Positions 1-10,302 of a DNA stretch of 64,000 nucleotides are shown here, in pieces (position 1 is the first letter of the stretch; each line of letters begins with the position of its first letter). A program made the translations under genes and the position numbers. Location: the sequence record MZ574431.2; one strand, written 5' to 3'. The notes beneath the pieces are model-generated. The model was not told the DNA's origin. It was given only the letters and a program-made list of their open reading frames with translations, and searched no databases.

Positions 1-1
1 C

Positions 2-148
2 ACCGGCGCGGTCATGAACGGCGGCTCGGGCACCTTCGCCATCACCTTCGGCACCGAGTCGTCCACCAACGCCACCGGCAACGAAATCATCGTCCGCCTC
101 AAGCTGAACCCTGGCCAGTCGGTGACGGCGCTCAGCTTCACCAACTAG
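2..148 (+). CDS. 3' end of an upstream (probably virion) protein, truncated by window edge
   Basis: Open frame TGAVMNGGSGTFAITFGTESS...ALSFTN ending TAG at 146-148, GC3-rich codons, followed by GGAGG RBS of next gene. Confidence 0.75.
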   Translation, partial: TGAVMNGGSGTFAITFGTESSTNATGNEIIVRLKLNPGQSVTALSFTN

Positions 149-160
149 GGGAGGGGATGA

Positions 161-853
161 GTGACCATCACCATCGACCAGAAGGTCGACTTCCTCTGGA
201 AGCGGTTGATCTACGGGGTCACCAAGACCGCGACGGCGGACGATAAGGCCGGCTCCAACGAGTCGATCCCTTCGCCGATCATCGTCTCGGCCAACGACGT
301 CTGGTCCGATGTCGACCTGATCACCGCCAGCCCGCCCGTGGCGGACACTGCGGTGATCAAGCTGTGGACGGGCCTGACCCGTCTTCGGGCCTCCAGCGAT
401 CCGACGGCTCAGCCGAACTTCACCTGGATCGCGACCAGCACCTTTGGCGATCTGGCCTCCCGCAAGGGCGAGTTCATCCCGCCCGGCTTCGGCTCTGGCT
501 ACGCCGTCAAGGTCTACATCGGCGACCCGGCGACGGGACCCGCCGCCCGCATCTTCCCCGACACCACGGGCGAAGAGTGGGTCTTCGATTACGCCGCAGG
601 TGTACTCAACTTCGCCGGCGCAGTGCCGGCCAATAAAACCGCCACGATCGGTAGTGGAACAGTCTCGGTAGCCAGTAATGGAATCTACTTCGAGGCCTAC
701 CAGTACATCGGAGAAAAGGGCGGAGGCGGAGGCGTGGAACCCGAAGACTTGGGCACCATGGCTTACCAAGACTCCGACGACGTCAACATCACTGGTGGCA
801 CTATCGCAAACGCCACTTTCATCAACGTCACCATCGATGGTGGCACTTTCTAA
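161..853 (+). CDS. Hypothetical virion-associated protein (230 aa)
   Basis: GGAGG RBS, GTG start, typical codon bias, beta-rich composition, in structural gene run. Confidence 0.75.
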   Translation: MTITIDQKVDFLWKRLIYGVTKTATADDKAGSNESIPSPIIVSANDVWSDVDLITASPPVADTAVIKLWTGLTRLRASSDPTAQPNFTWIATSTFGDLASRKGEFIPPGFGSGYAVKVYIGDPATGPAARIFPDTTGEEWVFDYAAGVLNFAGAVPANKTATIGSGTVSVASNGIYFEAYQYIGEKGGGGGVEPEDLGTMAYQDSDDVNITGGTIANATFINVTIDGGTF

Positions 854-867
854 GAGGAATTGCCGTC

Positions 868-1284
868 ATGGCCTCTCTCGTCTACAACTCGATGCTGGAT
901 GATCTCGTCAAGGGCGCGATCAACTTCAACAGCGATACCTTCAAGGTTATGCTGGTGACTTCGGCCTACACGCCGAACAAGGACACCCACACCCGCAAGA
1001 ACCAAGTCACCAACGAAGTGACGGGCACCGGCTACACCGCCGGCGGTCAGGCCTCGGCCGTGACCATCACGCCCGACACCACCAACGACCGCGAAGACCT
1101 GTCGTTCGCCACGGTGACCTGGACCTCGGCCACGATCACCGCGCGCGCCGCCGTGATCTACAAGGACACCGGCACGGCGTCGACGAGCCCGCTGGTCGCC
1201 TATGTCGACTTTGGCTCGGACGTCTCGTCCACGAACGCCAACTTCGCCGTGTCGTTCTCCAGCCCGCTGCGCTTCCAGAACTAA
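868..1284 (+). CDS. Conserved phage structural/minor tail-type protein (138 aa)
   Basis: GAGG RBS; pattern (DTFKVMLVTSAYTP...NEVTGTGYTAGG...TWTSATITARAAVIYK...PLVAYVDFG) recalled from phage virion proteins. Confidence 0.7.
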   Translation: MASLVYNSMLDDLVKGAINFNSDTFKVMLVTSAYTPNKDTHTRKNQVTNEVTGTGYTAGGQASAVTITPDTTNDREDLSFATVTWTSATITARAAVIYKDTGTASTSPLVAYVDFGSDVSSTNANFAVSFSSPLRFQN

Positions 1285-1293
1285 GCGCGACCT

Positions 1294-1330
1294 GATGGCG
1301 ACGCCTTCGGGCGTCGCATCGGTTTTTCTT
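1294..1330 (+). terminator. Intrinsic terminator
   Basis: GCGACGCC-TTCG-GGCGTCGC stem followed by T-rich tract. Confidence 0.75.
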
Positions 1331-1353
1331 CCGCCCTCAACCAGGATCGCCTA

Positions 1354-4300
1354 GTGGCCACCCTTCCCCTTGGAACGCCCGTCAGCGTCGCCTATTCAGG
1401 CGCGTCGGTGTCGTACGTTCCTACTGCGGACGGGCAAGTCACGATTCACCTGTGGGGTGGGGCCGGTTCTGGCGGTTATTACGCCGACGGTAGCGGCAAC
1501 CTCAACAAGTATGGTGGGGCGGGCGGCTATACCAACGTCCGTTTCATGGCTAAGGCCGGCGACACCATCGACATCGAGGTGGGCCAGGGCGGGCAGGTGC
1601 CGACTGGCACCGGCACGACCGCTTCCTCGGGCGGCGCGGGCGGCTGGCCTGACGGTGGTTACGGCGGACGCTCGACCACCGCCTATGTCGGTCTGGGCGG
1701 CGGCGGGGGCTCCTCTCGCGTCTATCTCAACGGCGAACTTATCGCTGTGGCGGGCGGCGGCGGTGGCGCAACTGGCTTCTATGCCGGGGGCAATGGCGGC
1801 GGTGGCATCGGCGTAACGTCGACCGACACCTCCTCGGGTGCCGGCGGCACTCAGCTTACGGGCGGCGTGGCCGGCTCGGGCACGCTTGCCGTGCAGAGCG
1901 GCGGCTACTTCAGCGGCGGTAAGGGCGGCGCAACGGCGGCCACGGCGCATGCCTATGCGGGCGGCGGCGGCGGCGGCGGCCTCTATGGCGGTGCGTCGAA
2001 CGGCGGCGGTTCGCTCTCTCACGGCTCCGGCGGCGGCGGTTCAGGCTGGATCAGCCAGACCACCGAGTTTGCGGGGCTCTGTAAGGCGGGTCCTCAGGAT
2101 GGCCTGGGCACGCCCTATACCGTCGCGGGTGTCACCCTGCCTGCCGGCGTGGCCCAAGGCGGCACGGGACCGAAGGTCGCGAGCACCGGGTGGGGATCGA
2201 TCACGCCGGGCGGCAACGGCTATGCCTATCTGACGCTGACCGATATTGCGGCCAGCGCTCCGTCCCTGCCGGCTGGATCGACGACGCTCAGCTACACGGG
2301 CGCTCGCGAGGTCTACAAGGTCACGCAACTCTGCGCGATCGACCTTGAGATGTGGGGCGGCGGCGGCGCGGGCGGCTACTATACGTCGAGCGGCAACAAC
2401 GCGCGCTGGGGCGGCGCGGGCGGCTATACCAAGCTGACCCGTGTCTTCTACCCAGGCGACATTATCGAGGTCGAGGTCGCCCAAGGCGGTCAGCCGCCTC
2501 TAGGGGCCGTCGGAAACACCGGCGGTATCGGCGGCTGGCCGAATGGTGGTGACGCAGGCCGCCCTTCGGTCAATACTGGCGCGAACATGGGCGGTGGCGG
2601 CGGCTCGACGAATGTTTGGGTCAACGGCCGGCTTTTGGCGATCGCCTCAGGCGGCGGTGGCGCGACGGGCTTCTACTACGGCGGCAACGGCGGCGGCAGG
2701 TTTGGCCTGCAAGACGCAGGGACGACCGCCAATAGTGGCACCGGCGGCACCTGGGGCGGGGCCAACACCACCTCCAGCCAGGGTCGCGGTTACTTCCTGT
2801 CGGGCGGCGTTGGCTCTCCAAACGAGTCGAAGGACGTTGCACACCCAAACGCAGGTGCGGGCGGCGGCGGCGGCTTTTGGGGTGGTGGCGGAGCAAAGGG
2901 CGGCTCGGGTACGCACGGGGCGGGCGGCGGTGGCTGCGGCTATGTGTCCGGCGACAATACCTATAACCGCGTCATGCAGGCCGGCACGCCTCAGACGGGC
3001 GTGCCCTTTAGCACGGCCAATCGCCCTGCGGGAATTGGTCAAGGTGGAGCCGGCGGTAGCGGCAATACGGGCTACCTGACGACGACGGCAGGAGGCAACG
3101 GCGCTTGCCTTCTGACCGTCAACCCGGTCACGACCTCGACCCTGCCGACCGGCAAGACCGTCTTCAGTTTCACCAATGCCGCCGAGCATTATATCGCACC
3201 CTCCAACGGTGTGATGGCCCTCAAGGTTTGGGGCGCGGGCGGCGGCGGCTGCACCCGCTCGTCAGGCACGCTGCGGCGCGGCGGCGGTGGCGGCTTCCTC
3301 AAGATCGATCTCATCAAGATCGCCGCAGGCGATATTGTCACCTTCGTCGTGGGCGAGGGTGGCAAGGGCATGCCCGGCGCTAACCTGGGCGGCCGAGGCG
3401 GCTTCCCCAACGGCGAAGGCGGCAATGCCGGCGACGCCACCGGCGGTAACGGTGGTGGCGGCGGCTCCTCGCACGTCTACATCAATGGCAAGCTCGTCGC
3501 CGTGGCGGCGGGCGGCGGCGGCGGCGCGATCTCGTTCGACGGCGGCACCGGCGGCCTATCGTCCTATCCGCCCAGCGGTGACGGCTTTGGTCCCTCGGGG
3601 GCCTCCCTCTATTACGGGGGCTACTCGCCCCAACGCGGCGCCGAGGGCAACAACCGTGGCGTCTTCATGCTGGCCGGCATTGGTCAGATTGATGGCGCGT
3701 CGCTCGATACGCCCAACAACCTGGGCGGCGGTGGCGGTGGCGGTGGCTATTGGGGCGGGGCGGGCTCGACGCCGAACAACTCACGCTTCCAGCCCGGAGG
3801 CGCCGGCTCGACCTACATCCTGCCCGGCTATGTGGGCACCCAGCAAGTGGGCACCAATAGCGGCACCAACACCACCGACGCCGATTGGGGCTCGTCCGCC
3901 AGCGTCGGTGGCCAAGGCTCCAACACCCCTGGCAACGCGATCACCAACGGTGGTCATGGCCGCATCGTCTGCCAATTCGACATTCCCGCGACGCTGAACG
4001 AAAGCGTCAGCGCCAACACGCCCACGACCGCTCAATTGCAGACCTTCATGGTCGGCAATGACGGCACCTTGACGCTGAAGACCTGGGGTGCTGGCGGTGG
4101 CGGCGCCATGATGACCGCCAACTCCGGCACGGAGCTTGCGGGTGGTGGCGGCTACGCGACCGCGACGCTTGATGTCAAGCAGGGTCAAATTCTCCGCGTC
4201 TATAACGGCAACGGTGGTCAGGGCGCGCAATACACCAGCGGCGTCGGCGGCGCGTTCGTCGGCACGGGTGGTCCCGGCGGCTGGCCCGATGGCGGCCAGG

Positions 4301-7300
4301 GCGGCATGCACGTCTCGGGCATCTTCGGCGGCGGCGGCGGCTCCACGCGGGTCTACCTCGACGAAGTTCTGCTTCTCGTTGCGGGCGGTGGCGGTGGCGG
4401 CGGTATCCACACCACCACCACCACGGCTGGCGGCGGCGGCGGCGCGACAGGTCAGAACTCCGACACCGTCACGGTTTTCAACACCGGCGGCCAGACCTAT
4501 CGTGGTGGCGTCAACACCGGGCGCACTACCGATGCGACCACGTCGGGTAGCTGGTTCAAGGGTGGCGCGGGCTACCTTGCTGGCAGCACCGCCTCGACCA
4601 GCAACATCAGCCATGGCGGCGGCGGAGGCGGCGGCCTCTATGGCGGCTCGGGCTCGGGCTCTACCAACCAATCCTCGACGGGCTGGCTTGGCGGCGCGGG
4701 TGGCTCGGGCTTTGTCGCCGACGGCTGGGACATCACCGAGGACGACTATCTGCGCGACTATGTCGCTGCGCAGTATAGCTTCGACACGACCGGCGGCGTC
4801 GCCGACGACGCGCGCAAGCTCAACACCCTGCTGCTCGACACCGCGCCGACCATCACCACATCCGGCCCGAAGTACGGCACCTCCTGCCTGAACATCAACG
4901 GCGGCCACCTGACGACGACGATCCCGGCGATCGGTCAGCAGGATTTTACCCTGGAAGGTTGGTTCAACCCGGCGTCGATCTCGACGGGTGTGATGATGCT
5001 GTTGGGCGACCAGAGCATCGGCGGTTTGTCGCTGCATCACTTCGCGACCACCACGACGCTCGGTTTCCGCTATAACAACGCGGCGGTCGCGTCTGACCTC
5101 ACCTATGTGGATACGGCCCGAGCCGCCAACGTCTGGGCGCACTATGCGATCGTGCGCGACATCGGCGGCACGCGCATCTATAAGGACGGTATCCTGGTCG
5201 CGACTCAGACCGGCTCGCCGTTCGCGATCACCGCCACCACCCTGACGCTGGGCAACTATAACGCTGGTGCTGGCGCCAGCACGCGTTTCACCGGCAAGGC
5301 CGACGAAGTCCGCCTGACGATCGGCGCTGCGCGCTATCGCCAGAACTTCAAGCCTGTCCAGTTCCGCAACAAGCGGACCTTGGGCCTGACGAATACGGCG
5401 CTCGTCCAAGGCGCCAACAGCGGCAACGGCCTGCCCGCCTCGACGGGCGTTGCGGGCTATGTCGCGGGCCGTGGCGTCGGCGCTGCGGTCAAGACCACGG
5501 CGGCCAATGGCAACACCGGCGGCGACGGTCAGGTCTACTATTTCTTGCAGACCTCGACGGTCGCGGCCACGGGTCCGATCGGCACGGTCAATGTCGGCGG
5601 ACTGGTCACCGCTGCGGCCGGCGCCTTTTATCCTCTACCGGCCGCCGGCACGAAGACCGTCCACAGCTACACCGGCTCGCGGATCAACTACGTCGTCGAG
5701 GAACCCGGCGGCGCGCGTATTCGCGTCGAACTGTGGGGCGCTGGCGGCGGAGGCTGCTCGGCGACCAACTCCAGCACGTCAACGGGCGGTGGCGGCGGTG
5801 GCTACACCGTCTATGAGATGGACCTTGTCTACGACGACAGGATCACCTTGCAGACGCCGTCGGGCGGCTTTGGCGCCACGACCGCTGGTGGCAACGATGC
5901 CTCGGGCATCAATGCGGGCGGATACCCCGACGGTGGCAATGGCTATAAGCCGGCCTTCACCGCCTTCAACGGCGGCGGCGGCGGCTCAGCGCGCATGTGG
6001 GCGCGGGGCGATCTGGCGGCTGTTGCGGGAGGTGGCGGCGGCGGCGCCTATGGATCGGTCGCCTACGACTTCAACGGCGGCGCGGGTGGCGGCACGACGG
6101 GCGGCTCTGGCGCCTATGATGGCGTCAACGCGACCTTTCCAAACACCGGCGGTACGCAGACTACGGGTGGTTCAGGCTCGCCGAACGGCTTTGATGGCTC
6201 GTTCATGCAAGGCGGGAACGGCGGCGTCACCATCAGCATCGCCAACAACGGTCCTGGCGGCGGCGGCGGCTATTATGGCGGCGGCGGCGGAGGCGCCTAC
6301 AAGGCGGCCGGCGGCGGTTCCAGCTACGTAAACACCCTCCTGACGGGCTACCGCACCGGCTCCACGACCGGTGGCTCGGGTAACCTGCCCGGTGGCATGG
6401 CCTCGCCCAACTACGCCGCAGGCGTGGGCGTGGGTTCCAACAACAAGCCCGGTGTTCGCGACGGCGGCGCCGGCCGGATCGTCTTGTCGGTTATTACGCC
6501 GACCCCCGGTAACGCGGCAGGCACAATCGGGACGGTCAACGTCTCGGGCCTTGACACGACCGGACGGCTGATCGGGGTTCCGACCGGCGCGCTGCCGACC
6601 ATCAACCTCATCAATCTGGTGGGCCAGTTTGGCTTCCCAGCCAACGTCAATGTGCCGCTCCCGTCGGCCATTCTCGTCAATCCGGTCGAATCCAATCCGA
6701 CGACCAGCGCCCTGGTCATCGTCCCGATCAACGACAACACCTCGATCTCGATCACCGGGATCAATCCGGCCCCGTTCCACATCGATGCCGAAGGCGTGGG
6801 CGAAACGCTTCCGGTGCTGGTGCTGGCGCCGGAAGCCACGGTCTCCGTCCCGGCGGCCGTCAGCGGCTCGCTGGTCGACATCACGATCGAGCCTGTCGAG
6901 GCCACGCTAGACGTCATCGCGCCGGTTCAGGCGACCGGCGACATTGGCACGATCACGATCGAGCCGCTCCAGGGCGTGACGGACGTCAACAACGACGTCT
7001 TCCCGTCGGGCCTGCTCGGCACCATCTTGGTCGCCGCGCCCGAAGGCGTGGCCGAACCGGGCGATCCAACCGCGATCGGCGGTCTCACGACCATCACCGT
7101 CGTGGCGCCCGCAGGCTCGGCGCGTTCGTCGGCCACCATTCCGGGGACCATCGGCGACGTCACGATCAGCCCGCCTGAAGGCGGTGTCGATGGTACTGGC
7201 CAAGGAGACGTGAGCGAGACCGCCATCCAGGTGGTTCCGCCGCTGGTCTCGGTGGTGATCTCCCAGGATGGCGAGACGGACGTTGTCGCCGACATCGGAC

Positions 7301-9627
7301 TGATCTACGTCTACGGGCCGCGCGGCAATTTGCTGGTCATCGGCGACGACGAATTCTTCCACGTCCTGCCCGATCCGATCGTCGTCACCACCACCGCGCC
7401 CAACGCGACCGCGCGCGGTGATGTTCGCACGATCAGCGGGCTTGAGACCGTCACGGTCACGCCGCCAGAAGCCACGGTCTCTGTCCCGGCGGTCGTCGAA
7501 GCCTACACCGGCGACTTCATCATCCTGGCGATCCCGCCGTTCCCGCTGCTCGATCTGGCCGCCAACATCGCCGTCGCGATGCCGGCGCAGGTCGTCATCA
7601 ACGGCAACGACGCCGAAGCCTCGACCGACATTACGGTCCCGCTCACGGCGGCCGACATTCTGGTCACCGCGCCGGAAGCCAATCCGACGGGCGTCCATGG
7701 CGGTGATCTGGCCACGATCGTCGTCACCCCGCCCCAAGGCGGCCCGCAGATCGACGCCAATGCGGCGGGCACGGTCGGCACGATCCAGATCGAGCCGGTT
7801 CGCTCCTACCGCATCCCATCGATCACCGTCATCCCGCCTGAAGGTCAGGCGCTGGACGCGATCTCGGTCGACCTCAATCTGCCACTGCCGCCGGCCATCA
7901 CCCTCAACACCATCGAGGGCGGTTTCCAGGTCGGCGTCAACGTCTCGCTGCCGCTGACGACGATCTTCGTCTCGTCGATCTCGGCCATGGTCGTGATCGC
8001 CGCCGACGCCAAGGGCGCGATCGACACCATCGACGTGACGGGTCCCAGCGCCATCGTCCGCGTGCCGATCGCCATCAGCGGCACGGTCGGCACCATCCAA
8101 GTCCAGGCGCCCAACGTCTATGCGGGCGTTCCAGGCGATGCGACCGGCGCCCTGACGGTCATCAACCTCGAACCGCCTTCGACGACCGTGACCGGCGCGG
8201 TCCTGGCCTCGCGTCCGATCGACACCATCGACGTCACCGCGCCCGTCGGCATCCCCCGCGTGCCGATCGCGACCTCGGGCGATCTGGCCACGATCATCGT
8301 CTCCACGCCGACGGGCCAAGCTGTCGTCGACGCGGTCAACGTCGCTGGCGATCTGACCACCATCACCGTCACCTCGCCGACGGGTTCGGCGACGGGTCGC
8401 GCCCTGGGCACGGGCTCGATCGGCGTCATCACCGTGACGCCGCCGGTGGCCCATGTCGATGTTCCTGCTGCGGTCACCGGCACGGTGGGCACGATCATCG
8501 TCACCTCGCCCGAGCCCCTGGCCGGCGTCGCCGTTGATCTTTCCCTCGCCCTGGGCGTCATCACGCTCACCGCGCCCGAGGCTTCGACCCAGATCATCCC
8601 GCCGGTCCTGACGTCCGGCGACATCGGCACGATCATCGTCACGCCGGTGCCGGGCGCTTCGATCGTTCACGGCCAGAACTTCAGCCGCGCGATGCCGCCG
8701 GCGATCGCCGTCACCGCGCCCGTGGCCGACGTCAGCGCCGGCGTGGACCTGATCACCGAGCCGGAACTGACGGTGATCATCGGCACGCCCCAGCCGCTGC
8801 TCTACCAGGAAGCCAATGTCATCGTCGGCTTCCCGACGATCTTCGTCTACGCACCCGACGCCACGGCCCTGGAAATCGCCGAATTCGTCTCGGTGATCGT
8901 CACGCCGCCGGACTGCTATGTGACCGTGCCGCTGGCCGAGGGCGAGGCGCGCGTGCGCTACCGCCGCAGCCAGATCAAGGGGACGGCGCCGGCTTCCTTG
9001 CAACCGCTTGAGATTGCGCTTAATGAGTATGATGGCGTTCTCTTCACGCGTGACGGCTCGGGTAACGTCAAGCCGACGCCGCTGGGTTCGCTAGTCGACA
9101 CCGGCCTGCCGCCTGAAGGCGGTGACGAAGGTCAGGCTCTGAACGGAGCCTTGTCCTGGGCCGAGGTCGAGGCCACCTACACCGGTCCGATCCGCAACGC
9201 CCCGCCCGCCGGCGCCACCGTGCCGCTGAGCGATGGCGTGGTCGGGTCTGGCACCTTCACCCCGACCGTCGGCTTCACCTACACGCGTCCGTTCTTCGTG
9301 GCGCGGGAGATGGAGATCGATCACCTCGCCGTCGACGTGGTGACCAGCGTCGCCGCCACGGCGACCTGCGCCATCATCGAGTGGAGCCTGACGGGCACGC
9401 CCGGCGCGACCCTGGCGACGGGCGATGTCTCGACGGCCACGATCGGCGTGACGGCGGTGCCCGGCACGGCCATCACCCTGGCGCCGGGCTGGTACGCGGC
9501 CACCTTCGTCGTCAACGGCGCGGCGGGCGCAACCTTCCGTGCGGCGGTTTCGCCGGCCACGGTCGCGCCCGACATGACCACCACCCAGTCGACGCCGGCC
9601 TATGTCCTGGCGGCTTTGGAGACCTGA
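1354..9627 (+). CDS. Giant glycine-rich fibre/adhesin protein (2757 aa): five Gly-rich domains, a LamG/ConA-like domain, repetitive shaft, C-terminal anchor
   Basis: Five copies of W-G-x-GG-x-GG...GG-x-GGY...G(D/Q)...GGxP(D/N)GG...GGGGG-S(S/T/A)-x-(V/M) unit; LamG-like segment (DFTLEGWFNP...WAHYAIVRD...RIYKDG...FTGKADEVRLT); many GTIxVxxPxG repeats after aa ~1720. Confidence 0.85.
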   Translation: MATLPLGTPVSVAYSGASVSYVPTADGQVTIHLWGGAGSGGYYADGSGNLNKYGGAGGYTNVRFMAKAGDTIDIEVGQGGQVPTGTGTTASSGGAGGWPDGGYGGRSTTAYVGLGGGGGSSRVYLNGELIAVAGGGGGATGFYAGGNGGGGIGVTSTDTSSGAGGTQLTGGVAGSGTLAVQSGGYFSGGKGGATAATAHAYAGGGGGGGLYGGASNGGGSLSHGSGGGGSGWISQTTEFAGLCKAGPQDGLGTPYTVAGVTLPAGVAQGGTGPKVASTGWGSITPGGNGYAYLTLTDIAASAPSLPAGSTTLSYTGAREVYKVTQLCAIDLEMWGGGGAGGYYTSSGNNARWGGAGGYTKLTRVFYPGDIIEVEVAQGGQPPLGAVGNTGGIGGWPNGGDAGRPSVNTGANMGGGGGSTNVWVNGRLLAIASGGGGATGFYYGGNGGGRFGLQDAGTTANSGTGGTWGGANTTSSQGRGYFLSGGVGSPNESKDVAHPNAGAGGGGGFWGGGGAKGGSGTHGAGGGGCGYVSGDNTYNRVMQAGTPQTGVPFSTANRPAGIGQGGAGGSGNTGYLTTTAGGNGACLLTVNPVTTSTLPTGKTVFSFTNAAEHYIAPSNGVMALKVWGAGGGGCTRSSGTLRRGGGGGFLKIDLIKIAAGDIVTFVVGEGGKGMPGANLGGRGGFPNGEGGNAGDATGGNGGGGGSSHVYINGKLVAVAAGGGGGAISFDGGTGGLSSYPPSGDGFGPSGASLYYGGYSPQRGAEGNNRGVFMLAGIGQIDGASLDTPNNLGGGGGGGGYWGGAGSTPNNSRFQPGGAGSTYILPGYVGTQQVGTNSGTNTTDADWGSSASVGGQGSNTPGNAITNGGHGRIVCQFDIPATLNESVSANTPTTAQLQTFMVGNDGTLTLKTWGAGGGGAMMTANSGTELAGGGGYATATLDVKQGQILRVYNGNGGQGAQYTSGVGGAFVGTGGPGGWPDGGQGGMHVSGIFGGGGGSTRVYLDEVLLLVAGGGGGGGIHTTTTTAGGGGGATGQNSDTVTVFNTGGQTYRGGVNTGRTTDATTSGSWFKGGAGYLAGSTASTSNISHGGGGGGGLYGGSGSGSTNQSSTGWLGGAGGSGFVADGWDITEDDYLRDYVAAQYSFDTTGGVADDARKLNTLLLDTAPTITTSGPKYGTSCLNINGGHLTTTIPAIGQQDFTLEGWFNPASISTGVMMLLGDQSIGGLSLHHFATTTTLGFRYNNAAVASDLTYVDTARAANVWAHYAIVRDIGGTRIYKDGILVATQTGSPFAITATTLTLGNYNAGAGASTRFTGKADEVRLTIGAARYRQNFKPVQFRNKRTLGLTNTALVQGANSGNGLPASTGVAGYVAGRGVGAAVKTTAANGNTGGDGQVYYFLQTSTVAATGPIGTVNVGGLVTAAAGAFYPLPAAGTKTVHSYTGSRINYVVEEPGGARIRVELWGAGGGGCSATNSSTSTGGGGGGYTVYEMDLVYDDRITLQTPSGGFGATTAGGNDASGINAGGYPDGGNGYKPAFTAFNGGGGGSARMWARGDLAAVAGGGGGGAYGSVAYDFNGGAGGGTTGGSGAYDGVNATFPNTGGTQTTGGSGSPNGFDGSFMQGGNGGVTISIANNGPGGGGGYYGGGGGGAYKAAGGGSSYVNTLLTGYRTGSTTGGSGNLPGGMASPNYAAGVGVGSNNKPGVRDGGAGRIVLSVITPTPGNAAGTIGTVNVSGLDTTGRLIGVPTGALPTINLINLVGQFGFPANVNVPLPSAILVNPVESNPTTSALVIVPINDNTSISITGINPAPFHIDAEGVGETLPVLVLAPEATVSVPAAVSGSLVDITIEPVEATLDVIAPVQATGDIGTITIEPLQGVTDVNNDVFPSGLLGTILVAAPEGVAEPGDPTAIGGLTTITVVAPAGSARSSATIPGTIGDVTISPPEGGVDGTGQGDVSETAIQVVPPLVSVVISQDGETDVVADIGLIYVYGPRGNLLVIGDDEFFHVLPDPIVVTTTAPNATARGDVRTISGLETVTVTPPEATVSVPAVVEAYTGDFIILAIPPFPLLDLAANIAVAMPAQVVINGNDAEASTDITVPLTAADILVTAPEANPTGVHGGDLATIVVTPPQGGPQIDANAAGTVGTIQIEPVRSYRIPSITVIPPEGQALDAISVDLNLPLPPAITLNTIEGGFQVGVNVSLPLTTIFVSSISAMVVIAADAKGAIDTIDVTGPSAIVRVPIAISGTVGTIQVQAPNVYAGVPGDATGALTVINLEPPSTTVTGAVLASRPIDTIDVTAPVGIPRVPIATSGDLATIIVSTPTGQAVVDAVNVAGDLTTITVTSPTGSATGRALGTGSIGVITVTPPVAHVDVPAAVTGTVGTIIVTSPEPLAGVAVDLSLALGVITLTAPEASTQIIPPVLTSGDIGTIIVTPVPGASIVHGQNFSRAMPPAIAVTAPVADVSAGVDLITEPELTVIIGTPQPLLYQEANVIVGFPTIFVYAPDATALEIAEFVSVIVTPPDCYVTVPLAEGEARVRYRRSQIKGTAPASLQPLEIALNEYDGVLFTRDGSGNVKPTPLGSLVDTGLPPEGGDEGQALNGALSWAEVEATYTGPIRNAPPAGATVPLSDGVVGSGTFTPTVGFTYTRPFFVAREMEIDHLAVDVVTSVAATATCAIIEWSLTGTPGATLATGDVSTATIGVTAVPGTAITLAPGWYAATFVVNGAAGATFRAAVSPATVAPDMTTTQSTPAYVLAALET

Positions 9628-10301
9628 TGACCCTCGTCACCTTCCCTCAGGATTCGGTGATCTACCCCGAAGCGATCAAGATCAACGGCGGCTCGATCCC
9701 GCCGGGCTCGGTCGCGCCGGGTGAACTCTATCTCGACGAGGAGCACCGCCTACTGTACGTCGACACCTCCGCCGGCCTGGAGGGCGTGCCCCTTGATGTG
9801 GTGGCCGTACCGCCCCTGATCGATCGGACCGCCGACGACAGCCTCGTCCTGGTGCGCACCACGACGGGTGCGGTGTGGGATAAGCTCGACGCGGGCGGCG
9901 GCGGCACCATCTACGACAACGGCTCCTTTCGTGTGCCGGGTCTGGCGCCTTCCGCGCTTGGCGTCCTGGTCTTGCCGGCAGGCGCCGGCGGGCGGGCGAT
10001 CTTCGAGATGTCCCAGCCGGGAACCATCGTCGCCATCGGTGCGCGCGCCAAGTCAGGCTCGGGCGCGATCAGCTTCAGCCTCCATGCCTGGAACGGCGCC
10101 TTGGGGCCTTCGCTGATCACGCAGAACCTCTCCTTCGCCGGCGTCGAGGCCAAGGTCGCCAATATCAGCGTCGCGCTCGATGCGGGGCAATATGCCTGGA
10201 CCTGGACATCGACGGCCACGCTAACCCTGGAAACCGTCGAAGGCTTCCTGCCCTGGTCGAAGGGCGCCGAGGCCCATCCCGCTTTCATGCAGGTCGCCTA
10301 A
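9627..10301 (+). CDS. Fibre-associated protein (224 aa)
   Basis: ATG overlaps upstream stop (TGATG); N-terminal PGSVAPGELYLDEEHRLLY resembles a motif in both neighbours; the longer 9381 start lies inside the upstream gene. Confidence 0.75.
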   Translation: MTLVTFPQDSVIYPEAIKINGGSIPPGSVAPGELYLDEEHRLLYVDTSAGLEGVPLDVVAVPPLIDRTADDSLVLVRTTTGAVWDKLDAGGGGTIYDNGSFRVPGLAPSALGVLVLPAGAGGRAIFEMSQPGTIVAIGARAKSGSGAISFSLHAWNGALGPSLITQNLSFAGVEAKVANISVALDAGQYAWTWTSTATLTLETVEGFLPWSKGAEAHPAFMQVA

Positions 10302-10302
10302 G

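Noticed and set aside
1354-6500. GGC-rich tandem tracts as microsatellite or CRISPR
   Set aside because: In-frame Gly codons; no fixed repeat-spacer periodicity anywhere in the window.
9381-9626. Upstream extension of ORF 9381..10301
   Set aside because: Lies within the giant fibre gene; ATG 9627 coupled to the stop is the more plausible start.
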